Of a stretch of DNA of 64,000 bases, positions 63,945 through 64,000 are shown one piece after another; the stretch's first letter is position 1, and the number at the start of each line of letters is the position of its first letter. A program made the position numbers and the translations under genes. The DNA comes from Squalus acanthias (lineage: Eukaryota): assembly GCA_030390025.1 (NCBI GenBank), contig CM059438.1, forward strand, positions 61,258,001 to 61,322,000, given 5' to 3'. The notes beneath the pieces were generated by a model that saw only the letters and a program-made list of their open reading frames with translations, did not search any database and was not told the origin of the DNA.

Positions 63945-64000
63945 GTGGCATAGTGGCATAGTGGTTAGCACTGGTGCCTCACAGCGCCAGAGACCCGGGT
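63945..64000 (+). mobile_element. HE1-type SINE 5' end (runs off the window)
   Basis: Matches 46025-46071, with a short duplication of (ATAGTGGC) at the 5' end. Confidence 0.85.

Noticed and set aside
62462..63961. 499-aa and 401-aa repeat ORFs
   Set aside because: 45-bp tandem repeat open on both strands; variants do not favour synonymous positions

Overview
Eukaryotic, repeat-dominated intergenic or intronic DNA, most likely from a cartilaginous fish (HE1-type V-SINEs, HER1/CR1 LINEs, Deu-type SINEs). No host protein-coding gene can be supported. The window holds: (i) a ~9.5 kb 20-bp satellite with ~2.3 kb higher-order duplications, plus 31-, 30-, 33- and 45-bp minisatellites; (ii) a structurally complete but mutated PIF/Harbinger DNA transposon (31215-35501, TSD AAT) with a three-exon Myb/SANT-like gene converging on a HARBI1-like DDE transposase; (iii) a second Harbinger that kept its Myb gene but lost most of its transposase, plus many Harbinger deletion derivatives and MITEs; (iv) many CR1 and L2 LINE fragments and SINEs, often nested; (v) Penelope-like retroelement remnants. 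The strongest hidden signal is a set of minimal type-I hammerhead-ribozyme motifs in the Penelope termini (10390-10426, 15628-15665, 61603-61674). They share an invariant CUGACGAA...GAAA core but have fully covarying stems, and one pair sits back-to-back in a perfect 81-bp foldback. Coordinates were read by eye; family names come from recalled motifs, not database searches.
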